NCBI GenBank assembly: GCA_020720625.1
Contig: DYOH01000007.1
Location: 11,848-75,847 of the forward strand
DNA from: Acetofilamentum sp.
GTDB taxonomy: Bacteria > Bacteroidota > Bacteroidia > Bacteroidales > DYOH01
DNA length: 64,000 nt
Reading direction: 5' to 3'
Shown: positions 46,654-56,485 of the stretch, one piece after another
Layout: each line of letters begins with the position of its first letter
How positions within the stretch are numbered: the first letter of the stretch is position 1
Notes under the pieces: model-generated
Seen by the model: the letters and a program-made list of their open reading frames with translations, nothing else
Told to the model about the DNA's origin: nothing
Database searches by the model: none
Position numbers and translations under genes: made by a program

Positions 46654-47826
46654 TTATTTTTTAGTGATAAAAATTTCAACCCTCCGATTGTATCCTTCTT
46701 CAATTTCGCTGGTAGGAAAAGGATATATCATACTTTGGCATCCGAAACCGGTTACAGTTATTCTACTTGGCTCTATTCCGTTTTTTACTAAATAATCTTT
46801 TACTGTAACGGCTCTTTCTTCCGAAAGTTGCTGGTCTATCTCCGTGCTTGGCAAAAATCCGTTGGTATGCCCATCGAGTCTGATGGTTAATGTCGGATTA
46901 AGTTTCATTTGTTTAAGAACTGAATTCAAAAGTTTGTATGATTCCGGTTGTACAAGAGAATTTGGTGAGTTGGGCGAAAAGTAAATATTTTGTGGATGCT
47001 TGAAGTCTTTCTTCAGCTTTTCCATGCTGATGTTTAATTCTTCTTCGAATAATTGGGTTAAGCCGCTTGAGCTTACAATGGTATCGAAAAGTAAATATTT
47101 TGGGTGATAAAAGGTTATATCATAGTTCGGAAATTCGTGTGCTTTGTCTTTGATACCCACTTCCATAGCAAAAATTCCTTGTCTGTCGGATACCGTTTCG
47201 CCAATTTTTTCTCCTGTTCGGGTATTCATGATAAAAATTTGTACATCCTTAATCTCATTTTCGTCTACCTTGCTAATTTTGCCTTTTATTGTTTTCATTT
47301 TTAAATAACTAAAAGACATGAGCGAGATGGAGCTTCTCTCTTCGAGCAGGCTCGAAACTTTCAGATAATAGGTTTCGCCATTTTGAACATCAAAAGCAGG
47401 GCTAAATGATTTTTGGTTTCCTAAAACCGAAAGGCCTGTGCGACCAAATACTTCGGCATCCAATCCAAAAAAATTCGAACGCACCGATTTTATTTCTCCT
47501 GAAAGTATTTTCTGACAAAAGTCGCTGCTGCCATCAAATTTGTAAAGTTCAAAATCATAGTTGGTTAAGGAATCGGCTGGCAGAATATCAAATATAATTT
47601 TGGCATTTTGCGTGATGGAAAATCGGAACCAAACGGCATATTCCTTTCTACCGAATATTTCAACGCCTGTTGATGCCGGTTTTCCCAGAGGCCCGATTAT
47701 TTCGGAGGTGGAAATATTATATGGATTTTTACAGGTATTGAAGGAAGAAATTTCTGTTACTTTCTGTGCGTAAATGCTTGATGCAGATATCAATAACATT
47801 GACCATAGGAGTAGTAGTTTTTTCAT
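46654..47826 (-). CDS. Exported OmpA-family protein (beta-sandwich N-domains plus OmpA/MotB-type peptidoglycan-binding C-domain)
   Basis: 390-aa ORF with a signal peptide ending in IYAQ. The CarboxypepD_reg-like segment is KGKISKVDENEIKDVQIFIMNTRTGEKIGETVSDRQGIF. The OmpA_C motifs are RLDGHTN...LSEERAVTVKDYLVKNGIEPSRITVTGFG...NRRVEIFI. Confidence 0.8.
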   Translation of the reverse strand: MKKLLLLWSMLLISASSIYAQKVTEISSFNTCKNPYNISTSEIIGPLGKPASTGVEIFGRKEYAVWFRFSITQNAKIIFDILPADSLTNYDFELYKFDGSSDFCQKILSGEIKSVRSNFFGLDAEVFGRTGLSVLGNQKSFSPAFDVQNGETYYLKVSSLLEERSSISLMSFSYLKMKTIKGKISKVDENEIKDVQIFIMNTRTGEKIGETVSDRQGIFAMEVGIKDKAHEFPNYDITFYHPKYLLFDTIVSSSGLTQLFEEELNISMEKLKKDFKHPQNIYFSPNSPNSLVQPESYKLLNSVLKQMKLNPTLTIRLDGHTNGFLPSTEIDQQLSEERAVTVKDYLVKNGIEPSRITVTGFGCQSMIYPFPTSEIEEGYNRRVEIFITKK

Positions 47827-47859
47827 ATTGCTATTTTTTCTGATAAATTCTATTGTTTA

Positions 47860-50784
47860 TTATTCGAACAAAGCTTTTAGTTCGTCGTTATTTAGCTGCA
47901 AATCTTTCTCCAAAGTTAATACATCTTGAGATAAATTTCGTTTTTTGTTTTGTAAAATTTGTATTTTTTGTTCAATTGTCTCTTTACTAATGAATCGATA
48001 TACCAAAATATTGTTTTTTTGCCCAATTCTGTGCGCCCGATTTATGGCTTGGGATTCTACCGCCGGATTCCACCATGGGTCTACTATTAATACGTAATCT
48101 GCCGCTGTAAGGTTTAATCCTACTCCACCTGCTTTTATGCTCAATAAAAATACCAGTATTTCTTCGTTGTTTTGAAATTTATCGATATTTTGTTGTCTTT
48201 CTTCTTTTTTCATGGCACCTGTTAACAGGGCGTAACTTTGGTTTGTTTTTTTTAAATAATGCTCAAAGATACTAAGAATTTTGATGTAGGAGGAAAAAAC
48301 CAAAACTTTGTTGTTTTCTAGTATTATTTCATCCAATATCCTGAAAATTTCGTTAAATTTTTCCGATTCTACTTCTTTTTCGGGAAATACCAAAGCTGCA
48401 TGGTTTGCCAATTGCCTTAATTTACTTATACTCTGAAAAATCTGAATTTTTGATTTGCGCCAAAAATCGCTTTCTTGTTCACCTTCCATGATAAAATTCC
48501 GGATTTTGGATTTTTCGCGGTTGTATATTTCTAAGTGCTCTTCCGATAGCTCTATATATCTAAGCTGTTCGGTTAATTCCGGCAAATCGCCGGCAACTTC
48601 GCGTTTTGTTCGCCGGAGAATAAACGGATTTACCAATTTTTTAAATTTATTTATGGCTGCTTCGTCTCGCTTTTTTTCAATGGGTTGTAAAAATTTTTCT
48701 TTAAAATAATTCAGTGTTCCCAATAATCCGGGGTTTATAAAATTCATTTGCGCCCATAAATCAGAGAGCGAATTCTCTATGGGTGTGCCTGTTAGTACTA
48801 TTTTATGTTGGGCATTTAAGGTTTCTATGGCTTGATATATTTTTGAGCCCGGGTTTTTAATATTTTGGCTTTCGTCTAGTATTATCAGGTTAAACTTATA
48901 TTTCTCCAGTTTTTCGTAGTCGTTACGAACTACCCCATAACTGCTTAAAATGATGTCGTATTTCGATATTCTACTCCATTTTTGTTCGCGTTCGAAACCG
49001 GAATACAACAGTACTTTTTTTCCCGGTAAAAATCGATTTATCTCATTTTGCCAGTTGTATAGCAGCGATGTTGGCATTATTATCAGGCTCTGAAAGTTCA
49101 ATGCATCTTGTTTTTCTTCAAATATTGATAATTGTTCTGCACCTGTATTTGGTGCTGATGCATTTTTGCTTTTTATACTCAGATATTCAATAAGTGCTAA
49201 TGTTTGTAAGGTTTTTCCCAAACCCATATCGTCGGCAAGGCAGGCTCCCAAATTTTCTTCCATCAACATGGCCAGCCACGAAAATCCTTCTTGTTGGTAT
49301 TGTCGCAGTGTGGCTTGCAGTGGCGCTGGTTTTTCGATAGTTTGTGGTTTTTTATTGTAAATTCTTTGTAGCGATTGAAAATAGTTTTGATCTATTTCTT
49401 CAATATGGTTAATTAGCAGACTGTGGTGCTTTTCTATACGCAAATGACCCATAATTTCTTTGCTTACTTCAAGTAGTACTCCGTATTTCTCGAACCAGGC
49501 TTTGGGTAGAATTACTATTCGGCCATCGGGCAATTGGTATTCGCGAATTCCTTGAAGGAGATTTTTTTTGAATTTGATAAATGGTATTTCAATTCCATCA
49601 ATCAATACATTGGCATAGATATCGAACCAGTCGTTTTCTTTTTTCGTTTCGAAATGGAGTTTTATCTCAGAAGTATAATATCTCTTGTGAAATACCGACT
49701 TTACAAGCCTTATTTTACGGCTTAAAATATTCTTTTCGTTGTTGCTAAGCCAGTTAAGTAATTCGTAGTTTAGTTCTTCGGGATTCTGGCCGTTTTGTAG
49801 CTTCGAAAGGGCAAAGTTATTGTCGCTTATTTCTTGTAAGCCTAATTCTTTTAGGTGATTAATCAATAAGTTTTCTTCGTTGGAGTTGCGTTCTAGCACA
49901 AAAAATCGATAGTTGTTTTCTGTCTTTTCCATCCAAACCAACTTTTCGGCCTTGTCTTTTGCATAGAAACTTTTTTCGCCATAATGCAAGGTGGGTATCA
50001 ATCCGTATTGTCCACTAATAATGGTGTTTAACTGCAATTTAAGTTCGGGGCTTTGTTCTAATTTTAGTATTTCAAAGCCATTGGCCCTTACCTGGTAATG
50101 CTTTAAACTTTGTAGTACAAATTTTTCGTAATAGGCTGCTTCTGCACTTTGGCTAATGCTAATATATTCTTTGCTAAAAAAGGGCAATAACTTTTTACTG
50201 TCAATATCGCTAAAAAAAAATAAAGTATTGTTTAGAATTACATAAGCAGGCTGATTAACCAATACTAAAAATGATGCATGGAGTAAACTTTTTTCTTTAT
50301 GGTTTTGTATAATGCTCAGAAAATATTTGGTGTGATTGTTGTCTTTGATAAAATTAAATACGGCTTGGCTTGATTCTGCATGGGTTACTATTTTATCATC
50401 TTTGTGAATATTGGTGGCCGATTTGTAGTATAAGGGTATTTGATGGCTAATGATTATATCCAGAATTTTTTTTATTCTGGACTCCAGATAGGGTTGTATT
50501 CTCTCTTCGAAAAATGCCTTTTCTATTCCGGTAAAGAAATCCTGGATGCTTATTTTTTTTTTCTTACTGAAAACCCTCAGAATTTCACTATCGCTAAATT
50601 GACTGATGAGCCTAACTATTTCTCTTTGATGTAGATTTAGGTTTTTTTCGTTTTCACCTTTTACTGATTCAATTTCCGTAAAAAATTCTTTTGGTTCTTT
50701 CTTATCAATAAAATAGGCGTTTAGTATATGCCCCAGATAATTATGCTCTCTAACTGCGACAATAAAAAGTTTTTCGCTGATCAT
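47860..50784 (-). CDS. SNF2-family helicase (SNF2_assoc-like middle region, no SWIM finger)
   Basis: The track start at 50814 is a TTG; the first ATG is at 50784. Motifs: LRQYQQEGFSWL, LADDMGLGKTLQ, ILDESQNIKNP, LTGTPIENSL, and the helicase C region LSIKAGGVGLNLTAADYVLIVDPWWNPAVESQAINRAHRIGQ. Confidence 0.9.
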   Translation of the reverse strand: MISEKLFIVAVREHNYLGHILNAYFIDKKEPKEFFTEIESVKGENEKNLNLHQREIVRLISQFSDSEILRVFSKKKKISIQDFFTGIEKAFFEERIQPYLESRIKKILDIIISHQIPLYYKSATNIHKDDKIVTHAESSQAVFNFIKDNNHTKYFLSIIQNHKEKSLLHASFLVLVNQPAYVILNNTLFFFSDIDSKKLLPFFSKEYISISQSAEAAYYEKFVLQSLKHYQVRANGFEILKLEQSPELKLQLNTIISGQYGLIPTLHYGEKSFYAKDKAEKLVWMEKTENNYRFFVLERNSNEENLLINHLKELGLQEISDNNFALSKLQNGQNPEELNYELLNWLSNNEKNILSRKIRLVKSVFHKRYYTSEIKLHFETKKENDWFDIYANVLIDGIEIPFIKFKKNLLQGIREYQLPDGRIVILPKAWFEKYGVLLEVSKEIMGHLRIEKHHSLLINHIEEIDQNYFQSLQRIYNKKPQTIEKPAPLQATLRQYQQEGFSWLAMLMEENLGACLADDMGLGKTLQTLALIEYLSIKSKNASAPNTGAEQLSIFEEKQDALNFQSLIIMPTSLLYNWQNEINRFLPGKKVLLYSGFEREQKWSRISKYDIILSSYGVVRNDYEKLEKYKFNLIILDESQNIKNPGSKIYQAIETLNAQHKIVLTGTPIENSLSDLWAQMNFINPGLLGTLNYFKEKFLQPIEKKRDEAAINKFKKLVNPFILRRTKREVAGDLPELTEQLRYIELSEEHLEIYNREKSKIRNFIMEGEQESDFWRKSKIQIFQSISKLRQLANHAALVFPEKEVESEKFNEIFRILDEIILENNKVLVFSSYIKILSIFEHYLKKTNQSYALLTGAMKKEERQQNIDKFQNNEEILVFLLSIKAGGVGLNLTAADYVLIVDPWWNPAVESQAINRAHRIGQKNNILVYRFISKETIEQKIQILQNKKRNLSQDVLTLEKDLQLNNDELKALFE

Positions 50785-50923
50785 TTGGAAAATTTCATTT
50801 CTAAAAAGCTTCAAATATAGCTCGAAACAAACATTTGATAAAATTTTTTATTGGATTTCAGCTAAAAATATCCGGTGTTGCGCTGTATATTCAGGAAGTA
50901 CTGGATTGGCTTTTTTTTGTTGC

Positions 50924-53155
50924 TTACAATGTTTTTAGGTCAATGTTTACTGGTATTTTTATGGCTGTTACTATATTACGGCCCATGTTTAGGTAATTTA
51001 ATTCTTTTAAAGTGGATAAATGGTCGGTATAAGCCTCATCGAGCAGGTTGTTTATTTGTATACTGAGCTGTAATTTACTATTTTTAAGGTGTATACTAAA
51101 TTCACTTCCGGTATTTAGCAAAAAATAGGCTGCTGTGGGTGTTTCGTAGCTAGCAGGGCTATTTTGTGCAAAGGCATATACGCTGCTAATGCTAAATTTT
51201 AGGTTGTGTAATTTACCTAATTGTTTATATTTTAGGGTTATACCTGGCTTAAATTTGCTGTGGGGTATAAATGGCAGATTTTTTCCGTCGGCTTGTTTAG
51301 CATACAAATAATCGTAGTTTAATGCAAAATGCACAAAGTTTGCGGGGGCAAATTCCACCATCAATTCGGTGCCTTTGATATTGGCATTCTGTTGCATGTA
51401 TTTGTAAACCACATTGCCGTTAATACTATCGCTGCTTGGGCTGATAAAAATGTAATTTCGCAATTCGTTGTTAAATAAGGCTATATCCACACTCATTTTA
51501 TTTCGATGATAATGGATGCTTAAATCGGTTTCGTAGCTTTTTTGTGAAATTAAATCGGCGTTGCCTTGCTCGTACCTTGTGCCGTGAATTCCGTTTTGTG
51601 TGAGTTCTGCCTCGTTTGGATTCCGGTATGCCGATGCAAAATTTCCTCTCAGCAGGAGATACTTTGCAAGATGATAAGTGCCACCAATGGAATAACTTAA
51701 GTTTTGGTAAGTTTTGTGTAATTCCGGAATAGCTTTATCGAGATGAGTTTGTTCGGGAACATCAATTCTTTTGTAATCGTAGCGCAATCCGGTTTGCAGA
51801 TTCAGATTTTGCTCATCGCCGTATTGCAATAAGCTAAAGCCCGATATTTCTATAGAAGAATAGTTTGGAACTACCATTTGCGGAACTTCTTTGTTTTTGT
51901 TGGTTTTTATAAATCCTTGTGCGCCTGTGCTCAGTTCAAATTTTTTGCTGATGGTATAGATGCTTTTCAGTTCGGAGGTAAAGGTGGAGAGTTTCATATC
52001 GGCAAGGGTAAATACCGGTGTAAGGTCGGAGCCTTTGAGTTTTCTATGGTTGCTCATGTAGGCTATATTGAAAACTACTTTGCTGTTTTGCATAAAAAAC
52101 GTATTGTTAGAGGCAATTAGCATATTGTTTAAATCCTGATACCATATTTCGTTTTTTCGTATATTTTCCGGATTTAAGGCAATCGATTGAGCCAATGTAA
52201 GTCCTAGCTTCATATTGGTTTGGTCGAAATAGAATCTAAAATTTCCGAAGGTTTTGTTCCAGGCTATCTGGGCTTTGATATTGTTGCTATTAAGTCGGGA
52301 ATTTGGTACCACAATTGCATTTCCTGTGGTATAATCCAGATGCGATTTTGCACCAATTCTGATACCGGCACTAAAATCTTCAATCGTTCCCCTGATTCCT
52401 GCCGATGTATTATACGCTTGGGTATTGCTATGATATTGCATATTATAGTCCGAAAGAATTTGGTTGCGGGCTGCCGCTTTCTCCGGCAACACGTTAATTA
52501 CCCCGCCAACAGCATCGGAGCCGTAAAGTAGTGATGCTGGGCCTTTTATTACTTCTATTCGTTCAATTCCGTATTCTTCAATCACAAATGGATGATTGGC
52601 CGAAAATTGATAGTTTTCCATTCTTATTCCGTTGTTCAGCATCAGGATATTGGTCATGGAAAGGCCTCTGATAACAGGCTTTGTAATGCCGTTTCCTTTT
52701 GAAATCATATCCACACCCGGAATATTCGAAAGCTTTTCCATGAGCGAAATGGCGCCATCATCGAGAATTTCTTCTTTGTTGATAGCCATTATCTGAATGG
52801 CATTTTCGTGTTGCGATGAGTATTTTCCGGCTGTTATTACCACTTCTGGCGATTTTACCTCGCTTGGGGTCATTTGTAAACTAAGATTTTGCGTTGCGTT
52901 GCTAATTTGCAGCACAATAGATTCGTAGCCTATAAAGGTAAATTGCACGGTAAAATACCCTTGTGGAATTTTTTTAAGCTCAAAATTTCCTTCGGTGTTT
53001 GAGTAGGTTCCGGTGTTTAATTCTGGCAAATATATACTAACTCCTGCCATGGGCTTATTATCGGAGATGTCGCTTATTTTTCCGATAATTTTGCTTTGTG
53101 CCATGATGTTTGTATAAAAACTGATTATGGCAAGTAAGACCAATACTCTTTTCAT
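50924..53155 (-). CDS. TonB-dependent receptor with N-terminal CarboxypepD_reg domain
   Basis: 743-aa ORF with a signal peptide. The N-domain is IIGKISDISDNKPMAGVSIYLPELNTGTYSNTEGNFELKKIP. The plug region is IEVIKGPASLLYGSDAVGGVINV, followed by a long barrel. Confidence 0.9.
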   Translation of the reverse strand: MKRVLVLLAIISFYTNIMAQSKIIGKISDISDNKPMAGVSIYLPELNTGTYSNTEGNFELKKIPQGYFTVQFTFIGYESIVLQISNATQNLSLQMTPSEVKSPEVVITAGKYSSQHENAIQIMAINKEEILDDGAISLMEKLSNIPGVDMISKGNGITKPVIRGLSMTNILMLNNGIRMENYQFSANHPFVIEEYGIERIEVIKGPASLLYGSDAVGGVINVLPEKAAARNQILSDYNMQYHSNTQAYNTSAGIRGTIEDFSAGIRIGAKSHLDYTTGNAIVVPNSRLNSNNIKAQIAWNKTFGNFRFYFDQTNMKLGLTLAQSIALNPENIRKNEIWYQDLNNMLIASNNTFFMQNSKVVFNIAYMSNHRKLKGSDLTPVFTLADMKLSTFTSELKSIYTISKKFELSTGAQGFIKTNKNKEVPQMVVPNYSSIEISGFSLLQYGDEQNLNLQTGLRYDYKRIDVPEQTHLDKAIPELHKTYQNLSYSIGGTYHLAKYLLLRGNFASAYRNPNEAELTQNGIHGTRYEQGNADLISQKSYETDLSIHYHRNKMSVDIALFNNELRNYIFISPSSDSINGNVVYKYMQQNANIKGTELMVEFAPANFVHFALNYDYLYAKQADGKNLPFIPHSKFKPGITLKYKQLGKLHNLKFSISSVYAFAQNSPASYETPTAAYFLLNTGSEFSIHLKNSKLQLSIQINNLLDEAYTDHLSTLKELNYLNMGRNIVTAIKIPVNIDLKTL

Positions 53156-53198
53156 ACTTGTTTGCTATTTTTATTTAGATTAAATTTGTTTGGCAGGG

Positions 53199-53239
53199 GC
53201 AAAAATAAAGCATTATCAGTAGTTCTACCAATAATGCTT
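53199..53239 (-). terminator. Terminator of the M20 peptidase gene; its U-tract overlaps a TATTTTTG -7 promoter motif (53200-53207, minus strand) for the TonB-dependent receptor
   Basis: The minus strand reads AAGCATTAT-(14 nt)-ATAATGCTT followed by TATTTTTG. The motif lies 45 nt upstream of the receptor ATG. Confidence 0.5.
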
Positions 53240-53263
53240 ATCTATTTTACAATATTTAACTAT

Positions 53264-54631
53264 TTACTTTTTCATCTCAGCAAAATAGCCGTAAAATTTG
53301 CTGATGGCAATAATTCCGTTGAAAAAATTGTTTAGCGGGTAGTTTTCGTTGGGCGAGTGTATGGCATCCGACTCTAAACCAAATCCCATTAAAATTGATT
53401 TTGTTCCCAAAATTTGTTCAAAAGTGCTTATAATCGGAATACTTCCGCCACTGCGCACCGGAATGGGGTCTAGGCCGAAAACATCTTTCATTGCGGCCTC
53501 GGCTGCTTTATAGGCCGGAATATCAATGGGCGAAACATAACCGTAACCACCATGAAGCGCAGTAACTTTTACATCAACACTCTTAGGTGCAATGGAGTAA
53601 ATGTATTTTTCGAATAATTCGCTTATTTTGATATGGTCCTGGTTGGGCACCAGGCGCATGGATACTTTGGCAAAAGCTTTAGACGGAATAATGGTTTTTG
53701 CACCCTCACCGGTATAGCCGCTCCACATTCCGTTAATATCAAGCGATGGGCGTATTCCTGTTCTTTCAATGGTGCTGTAGTTTTTTTCGCCTTGCAGTTG
53801 TTTAACGCCAATGGCTTTTTTGTATTCTTCATCGTTGTATGGCGCTTTGTTCATACTTGCTCTTTCTGCATCGCTTACTTGTATAACTTCGTCGTAAAAT
53901 CCGGGAATTAGCACCTGATTATCGTCGTTGGTAAGTTTGGCTAGCATTTTGGCCAGTTCATTGGCCGGATTGGCAACCGCATTGCCATAAAGTCCGGAAT
54001 GTAAGTCGCGGTTTGGGCCTGTAACTTCAATTTGCATATAGCTCAAACCTCGCAATCCGGTGGTGATAGAAGGAATATTTTCGGCAATCATGCCTGTATC
54101 CGAAACCAGAATAATATCCGATTGAAGCATCTGCTTATTTTGAGCGCAGAAATGGCCTAGATTGGGCGAACCTATTTCTTCTTCGCCTTCAATCATAAAC
54201 TTTACATTACAATGGAGCTGATTTGTTTTTACAAGATATTCAAATGCTTTGGCGTGCATGAAGCTTTGGCCCTTGTCGTCGTCGGCACCCCTCGCAAAAA
54301 TTTTGCCGTCTCTGATTTCTGGTTCAAAAGGTGCAGAATGCCAAAGTTCTATGGGATCTACCGGCATTACATCCATGTGCCCGTAAACCAATACGGTTGG
54401 ATAATCCGGATGAATAAATTTTTCGGCGTAGGTAACAGGATTTCCGCCGGTTTCGAAAATCTCGGCTTTGTCGGCTCCGGCTTCGAGCAATATTTTTTTC
54501 CAGTATTCGGCGGCTTTGTACATTTCTGGCTTGTTTTCGCTCGCTGAACTAATAGATGGAATGCGAATAAGACCAAATAATTCTTCCAAAAATCTGGATT
54601 CGTTTTTTTTGATGTATTCTTGAATATTCAT
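53264..54631 (-). CDS. M20-family dipeptidase/peptidase
   Basis: 455-aa ORF. Metal-binding and catalytic motifs: VYGHMDVMP, ARGADDDKGQ, IEGEEEIGS, plus a C-terminal HSPNE. Confidence 0.88.
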   Translation of the reverse strand: MNIQEYIKKNESRFLEELFGLIRIPSISSASENKPEMYKAAEYWKKILLEAGADKAEIFETGGNPVTYAEKFIHPDYPTVLVYGHMDVMPVDPIELWHSAPFEPEIRDGKIFARGADDDKGQSFMHAKAFEYLVKTNQLHCNVKFMIEGEEEIGSPNLGHFCAQNKQMLQSDIILVSDTGMIAENIPSITTGLRGLSYMQIEVTGPNRDLHSGLYGNAVANPANELAKMLAKLTNDDNQVLIPGFYDEVIQVSDAERASMNKAPYNDEEYKKAIGVKQLQGEKNYSTIERTGIRPSLDINGMWSGYTGEGAKTIIPSKAFAKVSMRLVPNQDHIKISELFEKYIYSIAPKSVDVKVTALHGGYGYVSPIDIPAYKAAEAAMKDVFGLDPIPVRSGGSIPIISTFEQILGTKSILMGFGLESDAIHSPNENYPLNNFFNGIIAISKFYGYFAEMKK

Positions 54632-54640
54632 GGTATATAG

Positions 54641-55240
54641 TTAATTGTTTTCGTTTTCCTCTTTTTCTTCGTTTTCGATATATAATTCTACTACTTTTTC
54701 CAAATCCCTATACCATTCTTCCCCGAATTTTCGAACTAGCGGCTCTTTTAGAAACTGATAAACAGGAACCTGAAGCTGTTCGCCCAAAACGCAGGCTGCC
54801 CGGCAAATGGGCTGTTCGTCGTAGTTCAGCGCTTCAAATTCGGTGTAATTTTTTATTCTTATTGGATATAAATGGCACGAAATGGGTTTTTTAAAAGCAA
54901 TTTCACCATTTAAAAATGCTTTTTCTATGGCGCAATAGGTTATTCCGTCTTTCCGATAGTAATACACACATTCGTCGTTTCCAAGTGTTGGTGTTACCAA
55001 ATCTTCATCGTCGTCTACAACATATTTTCCTAGTTTCTCAATAACTTCAATACCATCTTTGCTTAGGTATTTTTTTACGATTGGATAGATTTTTTCCAAC
55101 GTTTTAGCCTCATCGGGCTCTAAGGGAGCACCCGAATCGCCTTCTACGCAGCATGCCCCTTTACAGGCATTCAAATCACAAACAAATTTTTGTTCAATTA
55201 TTTCGGAACTTATTAATGTTTTTCCTATTTCTATGATCAT
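54641..55240 (-). CDS. DUF3109-family Cys-rich protein
   Basis: 199-aa ORF. N-terminal FVCDLNACKGACCVEGDSGAPL plus further conserved Cys residues (CAIE, CHLYPIR, CRAAC). Confidence 0.7.
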   Translation of the reverse strand: MIIEIGKTLISSEIIEQKFVCDLNACKGACCVEGDSGAPLEPDEAKTLEKIYPIVKKYLSKDGIEVIEKLGKYVVDDDEDLVTPTLGNDECVYYYRKDGITYCAIEKAFLNGEIAFKKPISCHLYPIRIKNYTEFEALNYDEQPICRAACVLGEQLQVPVYQFLKEPLVRKFGEEWYRDLEKVVELYIENEEKEENENN

Positions 55241-55245
55241 TATTT

Positions 55246-55698
55246 TTAGGGTTTTAGAACATGTTTTACCTTAAATTCTTTTATTTGTAGGTATTTTTGT
55301 TTTCCGTTTAGCCAATAGGAAAGCAAGGCTTTTCCATTGTATTTTATCGGAAATTCCGATTTTGTATGGTTTTGTATGGTTTTGGGTTCATTGGGATTTT
55401 CTTCTGATAATTTGGCTGCAATTACCAGAATTGTTTCTTTTTTTTCAAACGAATGGCTTGTTTTATTTTGCTCATTTTTGATTTCGATTGGTATTTTCAG
55501 ACCATCTACATACAAATAATCGAAGTAAAGATGATTACTGCCGGTTTTTGTCTGCATTTTTATTTGATATATGATTCCGTGTTTTGCCGAAGCTATTCCG
55601 CCACTTTCTCTTACTGCTTCAAAGCTGATGGTTTTAAAGTCGGGATACAATCCCAGAAAAGTGAGTATGACAGATAAAATTGAATATTTGATTTCCAT
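55246..55698 (-). CDS. Hypothetical protein (N-terminal hydrophobic anchor)
   Basis: 150-aa ORF, 5 nt upstream of the DUF3109 gene. I recognise no family. Confidence 0.45.
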   Translation of the reverse strand: MEIKYSILSVILTFLGLYPDFKTISFEAVRESGGIASAKHGIIYQIKMQTKTGSNHLYFDYLYVDGLKIPIEIKNEQNKTSHSFEKKETILVIAAKLSEENPNEPKTIQNHTKSEFPIKYNGKALLSYWLNGKQKYLQIKEFKVKHVLKP

Positions 55699-55867
55699 TT
55701 TTCTTTTTTATCATGCAAATATAATGATACTTTATAAATTGATGGAATTTGATATTCGTTTTTTAAAGAGGGGAGCTTATTTTTGGTTTTTGCGGGGGCT
55801 GTTCTAAAAAATATAACGCACATAACAATATGTATGTGCGTTTGGGCTTAGGGTTGTTTAGGAAAAA

Positions 55868-56353
55868 TTAAAAACTTCCGCCTTGAATCACTTTGGGTGA
55901 TTTAATGGTTGGATGGTTTTTGGGAAATACAATATGTACGGGAGCCGGCTGACCACCATTTTTTTTGGCTATGTATACTTTGTACCAATCGCCTGCTAAG
56001 GCCGATTCTCCATATCCGGATTGGCCTGTTTGGGTTTTGGCTACGCGTGATATTTCGGCAGGTACTTTGTAAAAACCGATATTATCAAAGTCTTTTTTTA
56101 AGGAATATGGTTTTACACTACTTCTTAGGGCTGTTCCTTCCGGATTTACCAATCCGCCTCCGGCGATGGCTAAAAACCGGTCGGCTGCCTCATCTATATC
56201 GGCCGATGTGCTTAGTATATTTAAATACTCGTTGAGTACTTGTTTTACTTCTTCCGGAAGTTGTGATACCGGAATGTCTTTTTGCTGTGCATGGAGTTGT
56301 GTAATTCCGAAAATTAAAACCATCAGTAAAATTTGAATTTTTCTCATTTTCAT
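55868..56353 (-). CDS. Hypothetical exported protein
   Basis: 161-aa ORF with a signal peptide ending in LHAQ. I recognise no family. Confidence 0.5.
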   Translation of the reverse strand: MKMRKIQILLMVLIFGITQLHAQQKDIPVSQLPEEVKQVLNEYLNILSTSADIDEAADRFLAIAGGGLVNPEGTALRSSVKPYSLKKDFDNIGFYKVPAEISRVAKTQTGQSGYGESALAGDWYKVYIAKKNGGQPAPVHIVFPKNHPTIKSPKVIQGGSF

Positions 56354-56485
56354 AAATTTTTAGTAAATTATTGACATGGACAAATTTACATCATTATAGG
56401 TTTAATTGTCAAATGGAAAATGTAAGAATTCATGTATTTTTACAAAACTAATGATTAACTTAGTAACATATAAGTATTTTTGTAA

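Noticed and set aside
47860-50814. SNF2 helicase only 33 nt upstream of an OmpA-domain gene and an MCP-annotated gene. This superficially resembles the Zorya defence system (ZorA with an MCP-like tail, ZorB with an OmpA-like domain, ZorD as an SNF2 helicase).
   Set aside because: No MotA/ExbB-type multi-TM protein is present. The OmpA protein has a cleavable signal peptide and beta-sandwich domains, not a MotB-like TM plug. The MCP has a genuine two-TM sensor, HAMP and signalling-hairpin architecture. The SNF2 protein has the housekeeping-type SNF2_assoc layout with a paralog nearby. There are no nuclease, ZorC-like or other defence genes.
53156-53263. Possible cobalamin or other riboswitch upstream of the TonB-dependent receptor.
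   Set aside because: The leader is only about 108 nt. It is fully accounted for by the upstream gene terminator and a TATTTTTG promoter motif, and no B12-box-like sequence is seen.
56475-56482. TATTTTTG motif 4 nt upstream of the TPR-AraC ATG as its promoter.
   Set aside because: A -7 element this close would place the transcription start inside the coding region. It is probably a chance match in AT-rich sequence, unless the true start codon is further downstream.
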